Origin: Methanobacteriota archaeon
Lineage (GTDB): Archaea > JAADCQ01 > Methanopyri > Methanopyrales > Methanopyraceae
DNA length: 64,000 nt
Direction of reading: 5' to 3'
Assembly (NCBI GenBank): GCA_027064425.1
Contig: JAMOPO010000057.1
Span: 64,001-128,000, forward strand
Part shown: positions 55,754-64,000 of the stretch, piece by piece
How the letters are laid out: each line of letters starts with the position of its first letter
How positions within the stretch are numbered: position 1 is the stretch's first letter
Position numbers and translations under genes: made by a program
The notes under the pieces: model-generated
Databases searched by the model: none
Told to the model about the DNA's origin: nothing
What the model saw: the letters and a program-made list of their open reading frames with translations, nothing else

Positions 55754-56960
55754 GCCCGCGCTCCTCCATGGACTTTAGCCGGCGGTGAAGCCGCTCCTCG
55801 GAGACCCGGAGCCGGTCGGCGAGCTCCCGGGTGTCCATGGGGCCCCGCTCGTAGAGCTCGTTCAGGATCCGTTGCTCGAGGATGCGACCGGTGAACGGGC
55901 ACCCGTCGTACTCCTCGCACTCGAGCCCGAGCATGCACACGACCTTGTCCAGGTGCTCCCGGACCTCGTACAGGGGTCGCCAGGAGGCGGGTGACACGCA
56001 GCAGCTCTTGATGATCACGTCGTCGGGCGCGCCGTCCCGCACCAGCTCGTAGATCCGGGGCAGCTTCTCTGGGCGCAGCGGGCCTCGGGCGGGATCCTGC
56101 ACCGGGTTGAACTGGAGGACGGTCTTGTTCGGGTTAAGCCGCAGGATGGAGAGCACCCGCTCCGCGTCGGCCTCCTCCGGGACGCCCGGGAGCCCAACCA
56201 CCCCGCCCACGAACGTGACCTCCAGCCCGTGCCGGTGGCACCAGGCCACGACCTCCCAGAACTCGTCGAACCCGCGGGAGCGGCCGGTGATGGCCCTCCA
56301 CTCCTCCCGGGTGCGGCCGGAGAAGCTGAGCTTGAGGTAGTCCAGGCCCGCCTCCCGCAGGTCCTCGAGCAGGTCCGTCGGGATGAGCGGGCCGGTGCCC
56401 ACGCCGACGGTGACGTTGAGCTCGGACTTGATCAGCTTGACCGCCTCGACCAGGTCCGAGCCCAGCGTGTGCGGGGACGCGCCCTGGATCACGACCTCCT
56501 TGTTGCCCGCCTCCACGCGCCGTCGGGCCTCCTCTAGGATCTCCTCCGGCGTGAGGTCGACGTGGTCTCGCACGAGGTTGTAGTAGCAGAACTTGCACCG
56601 CATGTCGCATCGCGTGGTGGCCACGATGCTGCCCGTCCGGGACTTTGACTCCCCGCGAATGACCCGGAGGAAGGCCTCGACCTCGGGCCCGCCGCGTGAG
56701 AGGCGGACGGGCTTGTTCTTGTAATCGTACTCCCGGGACGGTCGGACGAGCTCGCGCCACCCCTCTTCCGTCAGCGCGAAGCCTCGGTCGGTCGGCTCGA
56801 GGAGGCCCTCGTCCCGGAGCTCGTTGATCTCCCGGCTGATCAGCCCGCGGTTGCCCGGGATCTCGTCCATCAGCTCCCGCCGGGAGCAGGGTCCGCGCTC
56901 GGCCAGCGTTAGGAGGATCCGCTGGCGGAGCTCACTCCCAGAGGTTGCGGAAGGCGTCAT
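55707..56960 (-). CDS. Radical SAM protein (BioB/HydE-like core) flanked by two wHTH domains
   Basis: CDMRCKFC, VIQG, VVGLPG; N- and C-terminal GP..RELxxxL wHTH segments. Confidence 0.85.
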   Translation of the reverse strand: MTPSATSGSELRQRILLTLAERGPCSRRELMDEIPGNRGLISREINELRDEGLLEPTDRGFALTEEGWRELVRPSREYDYKNKPVRLSRGGPEVEAFLRVIRGESKSRTGSIVATTRCDMRCKFCYYNLVRDHVDLTPEEILEEARRRVEAGNKEVVIQGASPHTLGSDLVEAVKLIKSELNVTVGVGTGPLIPTDLLEDLREAGLDYLKLSFSGRTREEWRAITGRSRGFDEFWEVVAWCHRHGLEVTFVGGVVGLPGVPEEADAERVLSILRLNPNKTVLQFNPVQDPARGPLRPEKLPRIYELVRDGAPDDVIIKSCCVSPASWRPLYEVREHLDKVVCMLGLECEEYDGCPFTGRILEQRILNELYERGPMDTRELADRLRVSEERLHRRLKSMEERGLISRRGGRWVYERGG

Positions 56961-58194
56961 AGCTCTGCACCTCCCGGATGCCGGCCAGCTCCCCGTCTCG
57001 CACGACCACGGCGCCGGGGATGGGCTGGCAGTTGTAGCTGGAGGCCATGGACTCGCAGTAGGCGCCGGCCGTCAGGAACACGACCAGGTCGCCCTCGGAG
57101 ACGTTGACGGGCACCTCCCGATCCTCGGCCAGTACGTCCCCCATCTCGCACAGTGGCCCGGCGATGGAGGCCTTCTCGGTCTCGAGGTAGTCCCCGCCGT
57201 GGACCACGACCTCGTGGTACGCGTCGTACAGGGCGGGTCGGATGAGCGCGTTCATGCCGGCGTCGACGAAGATCCACTTCCGACCGCCCTCCTCCTTGAT
57301 CTGCCGGACTCGGGTGACCAGCACGCCGGCCTCCCCAACGATGCTCCGGCCGGGCTCCAGGTACAGGTCGAAGCCGGGCGACTCGGAGTGGAGGTCTCGG
57401 AGGTCGTCCCGGAGCGCTTCGGCCAGGTCCTTGGGCCTTGGAACCTCCTCATCCGGGCGGTAGGGGACGCCGAGTCCACCCCCGACGTTCAGGTACCGGA
57501 GTTCCTCTACGAGGCCGGTCTCCTCCAGGAAGCGGCGGACGGACCTGAGGGCCTCGATGAACGGCTCGAGCTCGGTGATCTGCGAGCCGATATGGTAGTG
57601 CACGCCCAGGAACTCGACGTGCTCGGACTCGATCATGGCCCGACAGACGCGCTCCGCGTCGCGCAGGTTGACGCCGAATTTAGACTCCTCAACGGCCGTC
57701 GCGATGTGCGGGTGAGTGTCCGGGTCGATCTCGGGGTTGACTCGGAGGGCGACCCGAGCCCGCTCGCCCTCGCGGCGGGCGATGCGCTCCACCCGGCGGA
57801 GCTCTTCCATGGAATCGACGTTGATGATCCAGGAGTTCAGGATGGCCGCCCGGAGCTCGTCATCGGACTTCGCGTTGCCGTTCACCACCAGCTCCTTCGC
57901 GCCGGCCTCCACCGCGATCTTCATCTCCCAGAGTGAGACGACGTCCGCCGCGCGGGTCTCGCTGAGGATGTGTTCGACGAGGTGCGGGTTGAAGTTGGCC
58001 TTCATCGCGTAGCAGACGTGCACGTCGCCCGGGAACCAGGAGAAGGCCTCGAGGTACTCCCGGGCCCGCTTGACGGCCAGGTCCGCGTCGTACACGTAAA
58101 CCGGGGTGCCGACGCCCGCCTCCTCCAGCACGTCGTCCAGCTCGCGCCCGGATACCTCAATCACCGCCCTCTGCCTCACCCTCAACCCGCTCAA
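56932..58194 (-). CDS. lysA: Diaminopimelate decarboxylase
   Basis: YAMKAN, SKFG, HYHIGSQI, EPGRSIV, GPLCEMGD, GAY. Confidence 0.96.
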   Translation of the reverse strand: MSGLRVRQRAVIEVSGRELDDVLEEAGVGTPVYVYDADLAVKRAREYLEAFSWFPGDVHVCYAMKANFNPHLVEHILSETRAADVVSLWEMKIAVEAGAKELVVNGNAKSDDELRAAILNSWIINVDSMEELRRVERIARREGERARVALRVNPEIDPDTHPHIATAVEESKFGVNLRDAERVCRAMIESEHVEFLGVHYHIGSQITELEPFIEALRSVRRFLEETGLVEELRYLNVGGGLGVPYRPDEEVPRPKDLAEALRDDLRDLHSESPGFDLYLEPGRSIVGEAGVLVTRVRQIKEEGGRKWIFVDAGMNALIRPALYDAYHEVVVHGGDYLETEKASIAGPLCEMGDVLAEDREVPVNVSEGDLVVFLTAGAYCESMASSYNCQPIPGAVVVRDGELAGIREVQSYDAFRNLWE

Positions 58195-58729
58195 CCCCTT
58201 TCAGGTTCGCGACCACCAGCTCGACCGATTTGGGCCCGACCCCGCTCCGGTCCGCCCACGCCGCCAGGAACACGCCCAGGTCCTCGGGGGAGCGGCCGAA
58301 CACGTAGCCGACGGCGCACCCCATGGCCTCGAGGTCCCGCCGCACGCGCTCGAACCCGAGCGGGTCGATGATGATCTCGCCTCGGGCGGCGGCGTCCACC
58401 ATCTGTCCGGGCTCCTCGATGGGCCGGACGGGCACCGGCTCCTCCTCGGAGTACTGGGCCTGGATCCGCTCGGCCACAACCTGGCCCATGGTCTCGATGA
58501 ACCGTCGCCCCTCCTCGGACTCCGGATCCAGCACCTCCACCCCGCACTTCTCCAGGACCTGCTCGAGGTAGCCCGTCAGGTCCTCCAGGTCCCAGTCCTC
58601 GCTGCGGCTGACGCCCCGGACGATCAGCACGTCCACGTCGTCGAGCAGGGGCTTCGAGCCCTCGAACGCGTCCAGCTCCGTCATTATCTGCCTGGCCAGC
58701 CGGTGGATGTGGACGGGGGTGCCCGGCAC
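58157..58729 (-). CDS. DUF2120-like methanogen protein
   Basis: DAFEGSKP, VLIVRGVSR, DPLGFERVRRDLEAMGC, WADRSG.GP..VELVV. Confidence 0.7.
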   Translation of the reverse strand: MPGTPVHIHRLARQIMTELDAFEGSKPLLDDVDVLIVRGVSRSEDWDLEDLTGYLEQVLEKCGVEVLDPESEEGRRFIETMGQVVAERIQAQYSEEEPVPVRPIEEPGQMVDAAARGEIIIDPLGFERVRRDLEAMGCAVGYVFGRSPEDLGVFLAAWADRSGVGPKSVELVVANLKGVERVEGEAEGGD

Positions 58730-58732
58730 GGT

Positions 58733-59710
58733 TCAGCTCCCCAGCTCCTTCCTGAGCTCGCCCATGGTGGTGATCCGCTCGGCGAACGCGTTGTGCTTGT
58801 GGATTGACTCGTAGTTCACCTGCCGGATGATCACGAGGGAGTCGTCCGGGAGGTTGTCGAACTCGTCCACGATCCGCCGGATCATCTCCCGGACGCAGTC
58901 CTCGACGAACTTCGGGTTGCGGCAGGCGTGCTTCGTGACCTCAAGCTCGTCCGGGCGCTTCAGCAGCTCGTAGGTGGGGGCGCTCATCGACTCCTCTATG
59001 ATGCGGATAATGTCCTTGATGTTGACGCTGTAAGCCTCTGGAACCTCGATCATGACCGTCCCCACGCCGCGCTGGTTGTGGGTCATTGGAAACACATCCT
59101 TTTTCATGATCTTCCGCGCGAGCTCCTCGGCCTCCTCCTCGTCCAGGTCCAGCTCCTTCATGAGTCGCCGCTTGACCCGGTCCTGGCTGTACTCGCGCAT
59201 CATCTCCAGCGCGCAGGGGCAGGCGGTGATGCCGACCACCTCCGCCCCGACCATCTTCCGGGTCTCGATGCCGTCGTCGGTCCGGCGGGAGACGGCCCGG
59301 CCGATGATCTTGTACGGCTCCTGGGTGGGCAGCTCCGTGACGGGGGTCTTCCTGGACAGGATCAACTCACCGGTCATGTGCACCTCGGATCGCGTCGCGT
59401 AGTCGTGCTTCTCGAGCAGCTTCCGCGAGATGCGGGAGCAGAGGTCCTCGATCATCGTGTCCGACTTCTCGACGGACTTCTCGAGCTCCTCGAGGACCTC
59501 CTGCAGCACCTCGTGGCTGCGCGACATGTGGATGCCCTTCTGATGGGCGGGAAGGTCGACGAAGAGGTTGAAGGTTGACACGAGAATTATCGGCCGACCG
59601 CTGCGCCGGGGGATCCTCACGAGCTTCTTAATCCCGCTGATGCCCACCCGGGTCAGGTGCGCGGGGATCTGAGGATCGGCGCTCTGGACGTCGGGGAAGC
59701 AGGTTTTCAA
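58733..59710 (-). CDS. mptA: GTP cyclohydrolase IV (methanopterin pathway)
   Basis: [53 protein letters not shown]. Confidence 0.95.
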   Translation of the reverse strand: MKTCFPDVQSADPQIPAHLTRVGISGIKKLVRIPRRSGRPIILVSTFNLFVDLPAHQKGIHMSRSHEVLQEVLEELEKSVEKSDTMIEDLCSRISRKLLEKHDYATRSEVHMTGELILSRKTPVTELPTQEPYKIIGRAVSRRTDDGIETRKMVGAEVVGITACPCALEMMREYSQDRVKRRLMKELDLDEEEAEELARKIMKKDVFPMTHNQRGVGTVMIEVPEAYSVNIKDIIRIIEESMSAPTYELLKRPDELEVTKHACRNPKFVEDCVREMIRRIVDEFDNLPDDSLVIIRQVNYESIHKHNAFAERITTMGELRKELGS

Positions 59711-59776
59711 ACTCCACCTCCCCGTCCGCCGAGATAATCCATAAATTCAGGAAAGAGGGCCAACCGGGCCGGCGGG

Positions 59777-62700
59777 GTGGCGCCCTTGGCGATAGAGCTC
59801 CGCGTTGAAAAAGCCTACCCCGAGGACGTCGGCAAGCGCGTGGTTCGAATCGACAAGCGCTCCCGCGAGCGGATCGGCGTGGAGCCGGGCGATCTGGTCC
59901 GGGTCACCGGGTCCAAGTCCACCGTCGTGCGCGTTCGACCCGCCAAGCGTGAGGACGTGGGTAAGGGCATCATCCGAATGGACAAGTACGAGCGCCAGAA
60001 CGCGGGCGCGACCGTGGGAGAGCCCGTCGAGGTCGAGCGCGCGGAGGAGCGCGTGGCCAAGCGCGTGGAGCTGATGCCCACGGAGAAGGTCGTCGTGCCC
60101 GTTCAGGCGGGTCTGAAGGAGGAGGTCGAGAAGGAGCTCACGAAGGAGCACGAGCGGGACGTGCTGAACAAGATCAAGGACTACATCCGCACCCAGGCCG
60201 AGCGCGAGCCCATTCCCGCCACCCCGCGCGACGTGATCCCGCTCGAGATTCAGGGCAAGACGATCGCCGGCCACGTCCTCGTCAAGCTCCCCGACAGCGT
60301 GCTCGTCGTGGGTGTCGAGCCCGAGGACGCCACGGTCATCGGGCCCAAGACCGAGGTTATCGTGAAGCCGTACTCCGAGGACCTGGCCAAGGCGGCCGAG
60401 ATCCCGGACGTTACGTACGACGACATCGGCGGCCTCGACCGCGAGATCGAGCAGATCCGCGAGTACGTCGAGCTCCCGCTCAAGCGCCCGGAGCTGCTCA
60501 AGGAGCTGGGCATCAAGCCCCCGAAGGGCGTGCTCCTGTACGGCCCGCCGGGCACGGGTAAGACCCTGCTGGCCAAGGCCGTCGCGAACGAGTGCGGGGC
60601 CAAGTTCTACACGATCAACGGCCCGGAGATCATGAGCAAGTACTACGGTGAGAGCGAGGCCCGCATCCGCGAGATCTTCGAGGAGGCGCGGAAGAACGCG
60701 CCCGCGATCATCTACATCGACGAGATCGACGCGATCGCGCCCAAGCGGGGCGAGACGGGAGAGGTCGAGCGCCGGGTCGTCGCGCAGCTCCTCACCCTGA
60801 TGGACGGCCTCTCCGAGGACGAGCGCGTCGTCGTCCTCGCCTCGACCAACCGACCGGACGACATCGATCCCGCCCTGCGCCGGCCCGGCCGCTTCGACCG
60901 GGAGATCGAGATCGGCGTCCCGGACAAGGAGGGGCGCAAGGAGATCCTTCAGATCCACACGCGGGACATGCCGCTCGCCGACGACGTGGACCTGGACAAG
61001 CTCGCCGAGCTCACGCACGGCTTCACGGGCGCCGACCTGGAGGCCCTGTGCAAGACCGCCGGCCTGAAGGCGCTGAGGCGGGCGATCCGCCGGCTGGGCG
61101 CTAAGCTCGCGGAGAAGGAGGAGAAGGAGGAGGCGGAGGAGGTCTCGGAGAAGGTCTCCGAGCTGTCCGACGAGGAGCTGATGGAGGTGCTGGAGAAGGG
61201 GCTGGACCGGGCCGAGATCCCGGAGGACAAGAAGCGGGCGCTGCGGCGCGTCCTCGAGGAGGCGGAGGAGGTCGAGGAGAAGGAGGAGATCGAGTACTCC
61301 GAGGCCCTGGACAAGGTGCTCGAGGCGGAGGAGGTCGAGATCAAGGAGGAGCTCAAGGTCACGATGGACGACTTCATGGAGGCGCTGAAGGAGATCGAGC
61401 CCTCGGCCCTGCGCGAGGTCATCGTCGAGGTGCCGGACGTGTCCTGGGACGACGTGGGCGGCCTCGAGGACGTCAAGCAGGAGCTGAAGGAGGCCGTGGA
61501 GTACCCGCTGAAGTACCCCGAGGTCTACGAGCGGCTCGGCACGCGCCCACCGCGCGGGATCCTGCTGTACGGCCCGCCGGGCACGGGTAAGACCCTCCTG
61601 GCCAAGGCCGTCGCGAACGAGTCCGACGCCAACTTCATCGCGGTTCGCGGTCCGGAAGTCCTCAGTAAGTGGGTGGGTGAGTCGATCCCTGGCGACGAGG
61701 TTGTTTGGGCGAAAGTTGACGGAGAGGCCAGGCTGGTGCCCATCGAGGAGCTCTACGAGCGGTGGAAGGAGGGCCAGGACATCAAGGTCGCCGCGTTGAC
61801 GGATGAAGGCATCGTCTGGTCACCGGTGGAACGGGTCGCCCGACACCGCCGCCGGACCGGTCTCGTGAAGATCGTCACACGCACAGGCCGGGAGGTCATC
61901 GTTACTGAGGATCACTCCGTATTCACGGTCCGAGACGGCAAGATCGTGGACGTACCGACCTCGGAGCTGTCCGAGGGAGACTGGATCGTCCTACCGGCGA
62001 GACTACCGGCAGGCGACTCAGACGAGATCGATGGCGTCAAGATCGACGAGGATCTAGCATTCCTGCTGGGACTGTACGTGGCTGAGGGCAGCCTGACGAA
62101 CCAGAGGAATGCCGTCAGGATCCACAACAAGGACCCGGAGGTGATCGAGGAGATCGACCGAATCGTGCGAGAGAAGGGGTGGGAGGGCAAGTACTACGAG
62201 AGCGACGGCAGCTACTGGATCAAGAGCTGGGAGTTCAGGCGACTGTGCGAGAAGCTGGGCACGAAAGCCAAGGAGAAGCGGCTCGGGCCGCTCCTGTCGC
62301 TGAAGCCCGAGCTGCTCGCCGCCGCACTGCGCGGATACTACACCGGCGACGGGTCATTCTCGGTGAAGTCGCACGGCCGGTCTGCGACCATCGAGGCGAG
62401 CACCGTGAGCAAGCGGCTGGCGGATGAGCTCCTAGTCGCGCTGCAGATCTTGGGCATCGTGGCTCGCAGGTACGAGTGCGATGACGGGAGGGGAGGCACG
62501 CGGTACCGCGTCATGATCACCAAGTCGGAGTACATCCGCAAGTTCGAGGAGAAGGTTGGGTTCCTGCAGTCTGAGAAAAACGAGCGTATCCGGAAGTTCC
62601 TGGAGGAGAGGAAGTGGACGAGGGGTCGCTCCGACGTCCCGACGGAGCTCGTAGGGAGCCCGTACGCCTACGTCGAGGTCGAGTACATCTCGGACCGGGT

Positions 62701-63529
62701 CGCCGCGAACGGTGGTCTCATGAAAGCGGAGCTCGAGCACCTGTACTTCGACAGAATCAAGGAGATCGTGCCGCTGGACCGCGACGACGAGTACGTCTAC
62801 GACGTCGTGGAGGTGAAGTTGGGCCACAACTTCGTCGGAGGCCAGGGCGTCCTGCTGCACAACTCGGAGAAGAAGATCCGCGAGATCTTCCAGAAGGCGC
62901 GGCAGACGGCCCCGTGCATCATCTTCTTCGACGAGATCGACGCGATCGCACCCAAGCGGGGCACGGAGGTGGGTGGGTCGCGGGTCACGGAGCGGATCGT
63001 GAACCAGCTCCTGACGGAGATGGACGGCATCGAGGCGACGGAGGACGTGTTCGTGATCGCGGCGACCAACCGGCCGGATATCCTGGACGAGGCCCTGCTG
63101 CGCCCGGGCCGGTTCGACCGCATCGTGTACGTGCCGCCGCCGGACGAGGAGGCGATGAAGGAGATCGTGAAGATTCACACGCGGGACATGCCGCTCGCCG
63201 ACGACGTCTCGATCGACGACATCGTGGAGATCCTGAAGCGCAGGGAGGAGGAGGAAGACGCCAAGTACTCCGGCGCAGACATCGAGGCGATCTGCATGGA
63301 GGCCGCGATGCTGGCCCTGCGGGAGGTCATCGACGAGCTGGAGCGGATCGAGGAGGAGGCCGAGTCGGAGAGGGAGCTGGAGGCGCGGAAGGAGGCGCTG
63401 CTGGAGGAGCTCAAGGTGGAGCGCCGGCACTTCGAGAAGGCGGCCGAGAAGGTGCCACCGTCGATCTCGCGGGAGCAGCTGGAGGAGTACGAGAAGCTGA
63501 AGGAGGAGTTCCAGCGGCTGGCGGGGTGA
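59777..63529 (+). CDS. cdc48: CDC48/VAT AAA+ ATPase (intein-containing)
   Basis: N domain, two GPPGTGKT and DEID modules, ALRRPGRFD; intein after SKWVGE. Confidence 0.96.
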   Translation: MAPLAIELRVEKAYPEDVGKRVVRIDKRSRERIGVEPGDLVRVTGSKSTVVRVRPAKREDVGKGIIRMDKYERQNAGATVGEPVEVERAEERVAKRVELMPTEKVVVPVQAGLKEEVEKELTKEHERDVLNKIKDYIRTQAEREPIPATPRDVIPLEIQGKTIAGHVLVKLPDSVLVVGVEPEDATVIGPKTEVIVKPYSEDLAKAAEIPDVTYDDIGGLDREIEQIREYVELPLKRPELLKELGIKPPKGVLLYGPPGTGKTLLAKAVANECGAKFYTINGPEIMSKYYGESEARIREIFEEARKNAPAIIYIDEIDAIAPKRGETGEVERRVVAQLLTLMDGLSEDERVVVLASTNRPDDIDPALRRPGRFDREIEIGVPDKEGRKEILQIHTRDMPLADDVDLDKLAELTHGFTGADLEALCKTAGLKALRRAIRRLGAKLAEKEEKEEAEEVSEKVSELSDEELMEVLEKGLDRAEIPEDKKRALRRVLEEAEEVEEKEEIEYSEALDKVLEAEEVEIKEELKVTMDDFMEALKEIEPSALREVIVEVPDVSWDDVGGLEDVKQELKEAVEYPLKYPEVYERLGTRPPRGILLYGPPGTGKTLLAKAVANESDANFIAVRGPEVLSKWVGESIPGDEVVWAKVDGEARLVPIEELYERWKEGQDIKVAALTDEGIVWSPVERVARHRRRTGLVKIVTRTGREVIVTEDHSVFTVRDGKIVDVPTSELSEGDWIVLPARLPAGDSDEIDGVKIDEDLAFLLGLYVAEGSLTNQRNAVRIHNKDPEVIEEIDRIVREKGWEGKYYESDGSYWIKSWEFRRLCEKLGTKAKEKRLGPLLSLKPELLAAALRGYYTGDGSFSVKSHGRSATIEASTVSKRLADELLVALQILGIVARRYECDDGRGGTRYRVMITKSEYIRKFEEKVGFLQSEKNERIRKFLEERKWTRGRSDVPTELVGSPYAYVEVEYISDRVAANGGLMKAELEHLYFDRIKEIVPLDRDDEYVYDVVEVKLGHNFVGGQGVLLHNSEKKIREIFQKARQTAPCIIFFDEIDAIAPKRGTEVGGSRVTERIVNQLLTEMDGIEATEDVFVIAATNRPDILDEALLRPGRFDRIVYVPPPDEEAMKEIVKIHTRDMPLADDVSIDDIVEILKRREEEEDAKYSGADIEAICMEAAMLALREVIDELERIEEEAESERELEARKEALLEELKVERRHFEKAAEKVPPSISREQLEEYEKLKEEFQRLAG
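61682..62863 (+). mobile_element. 394-aa intein with LAGLIDADG homing endonuclease
   Basis: Starts Ser (SIPGDE), block [18 protein letters not shown] and LRGYYTGDG, ends HN before extein Ser; removal restores KWVGE-SEKKIR. Confidence 0.95.
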
Positions 63530-63532
63530 ACC

Positions 63533-64000
63533 CTGCTCCTCCTAACCGATCACATGCTCCTACGCCTGTGCCGCTGGCTCCGCCTCCTCGGCTACCCCAC
63601 CCTCTCGGCGCACGAGATCGTCGACCCTAGGGAGGTGGAGGACGAGGACGAGGTCCTGCTAGAGTTCTGTCGGGAGCGGGACGCGCTGCTGATCACTCGA
63701 GACCGGGCCCTGGCGAGTCGAGCCCGGTCGCACTCCGTGCTGGTGCGGAGCGACGACGTGCCGGGGCAGCTCGCGGAGGTGCTCTCGAGGCTGGGTGACG
63801 AGCCCTACCTGGACCCGGACGAGTCCCGGTGCCCGGAGTGCAACGAGCCCGTGGAGCGCGTCAGGGCGGAGAACCCGGGCCCCTTCGAGGTCATGTGGCG
63901 GTGCCCTGAGTGCGGCAAAATGTACTGGGTGGGCGGGCAGTGGGAGGACATGGAGCGCGTTATTAGGGAGACCGAGCGGCGACTGAGGGGGTCCCCGGAG
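63533..64000 (+). CDS. Mut7-C (DUF82) PIN-like RNase with Zn ribbon; runs off right edge
   Basis: Not in track. LLTDHMLLRLCRWLRLLGY, LITRD, SRCPECN, CPECGKMYWVG; CTG start. Confidence 0.85.
   Translation, partial: MLLLTDHMLLRLCRWLRLLGYPTLSAHEIVDPREVEDEDEVLLEFCRERDALLITRDRALASRARSHSVLVRSDDVPGQLAEVLSRLGDEPYLDPDESRCPECNEPVERVRAENPGPFEVMWRCPECGKMYWVGGQWEDMERVIRETERRLRGSPE

Noticed and set aside
60532-61621. Near-identical ~60-nt repeats at the two cdc48 Walker A regions
   Set aside because: Explained by D1/D2 protein conservation plus strong codon bias; gene conversion cannot be shown.

Overview
High-GC archaeal chromosome segment from a hyperthermophilic methanogen, most likely Methanopyrus. 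This is inferred from Glu/Arg-rich proteins, sepS, mptA, an Eha hydrogenase operon, an FtsA-like actin and a 394-aa Ser-start intein in cdc48. The window is mostly gene-dense housekeeping: rpl3-rpl4-rpl23-rpl2, gins-rpl44e-rps27e-aIF2a-nop10-PAC2, archaeosortase, EndoQ, cbiX/cfbA, aroD, thi4, surE, dapH/dapF/lysA, trpEG, sepS, translin, an RsmB-like methyltransferase, nadC, aMBF1, hflX, ehaA-O with four polyferredoxins, a MoxR AAA+/vWA pair and cdc48. No rRNA, tRNA, CRISPR array or IS element was seen. The best signals lie outside the ORF track. Four box C/D guide RNAs use AUGAGGA/CCGA boxes (G-C instead of U-U), and two of them form a tail-to-tail pair. A three-way-junction leader hides the RBS of aMBF1. 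A 20-bp palindromic operator sits at a wHTH gene promoter. Three genes appear to start at CTG, and dapF lacks a canonical start. A split TPP-enzyme/swivel-domain operon is interrupted by a broken C39-like peptidase. A gamma-glutamyl ligase/hydrolase module and a nested stem-loop region downstream of rpl2 are also present. All family calls come from motifs read by eye; no searches were run.
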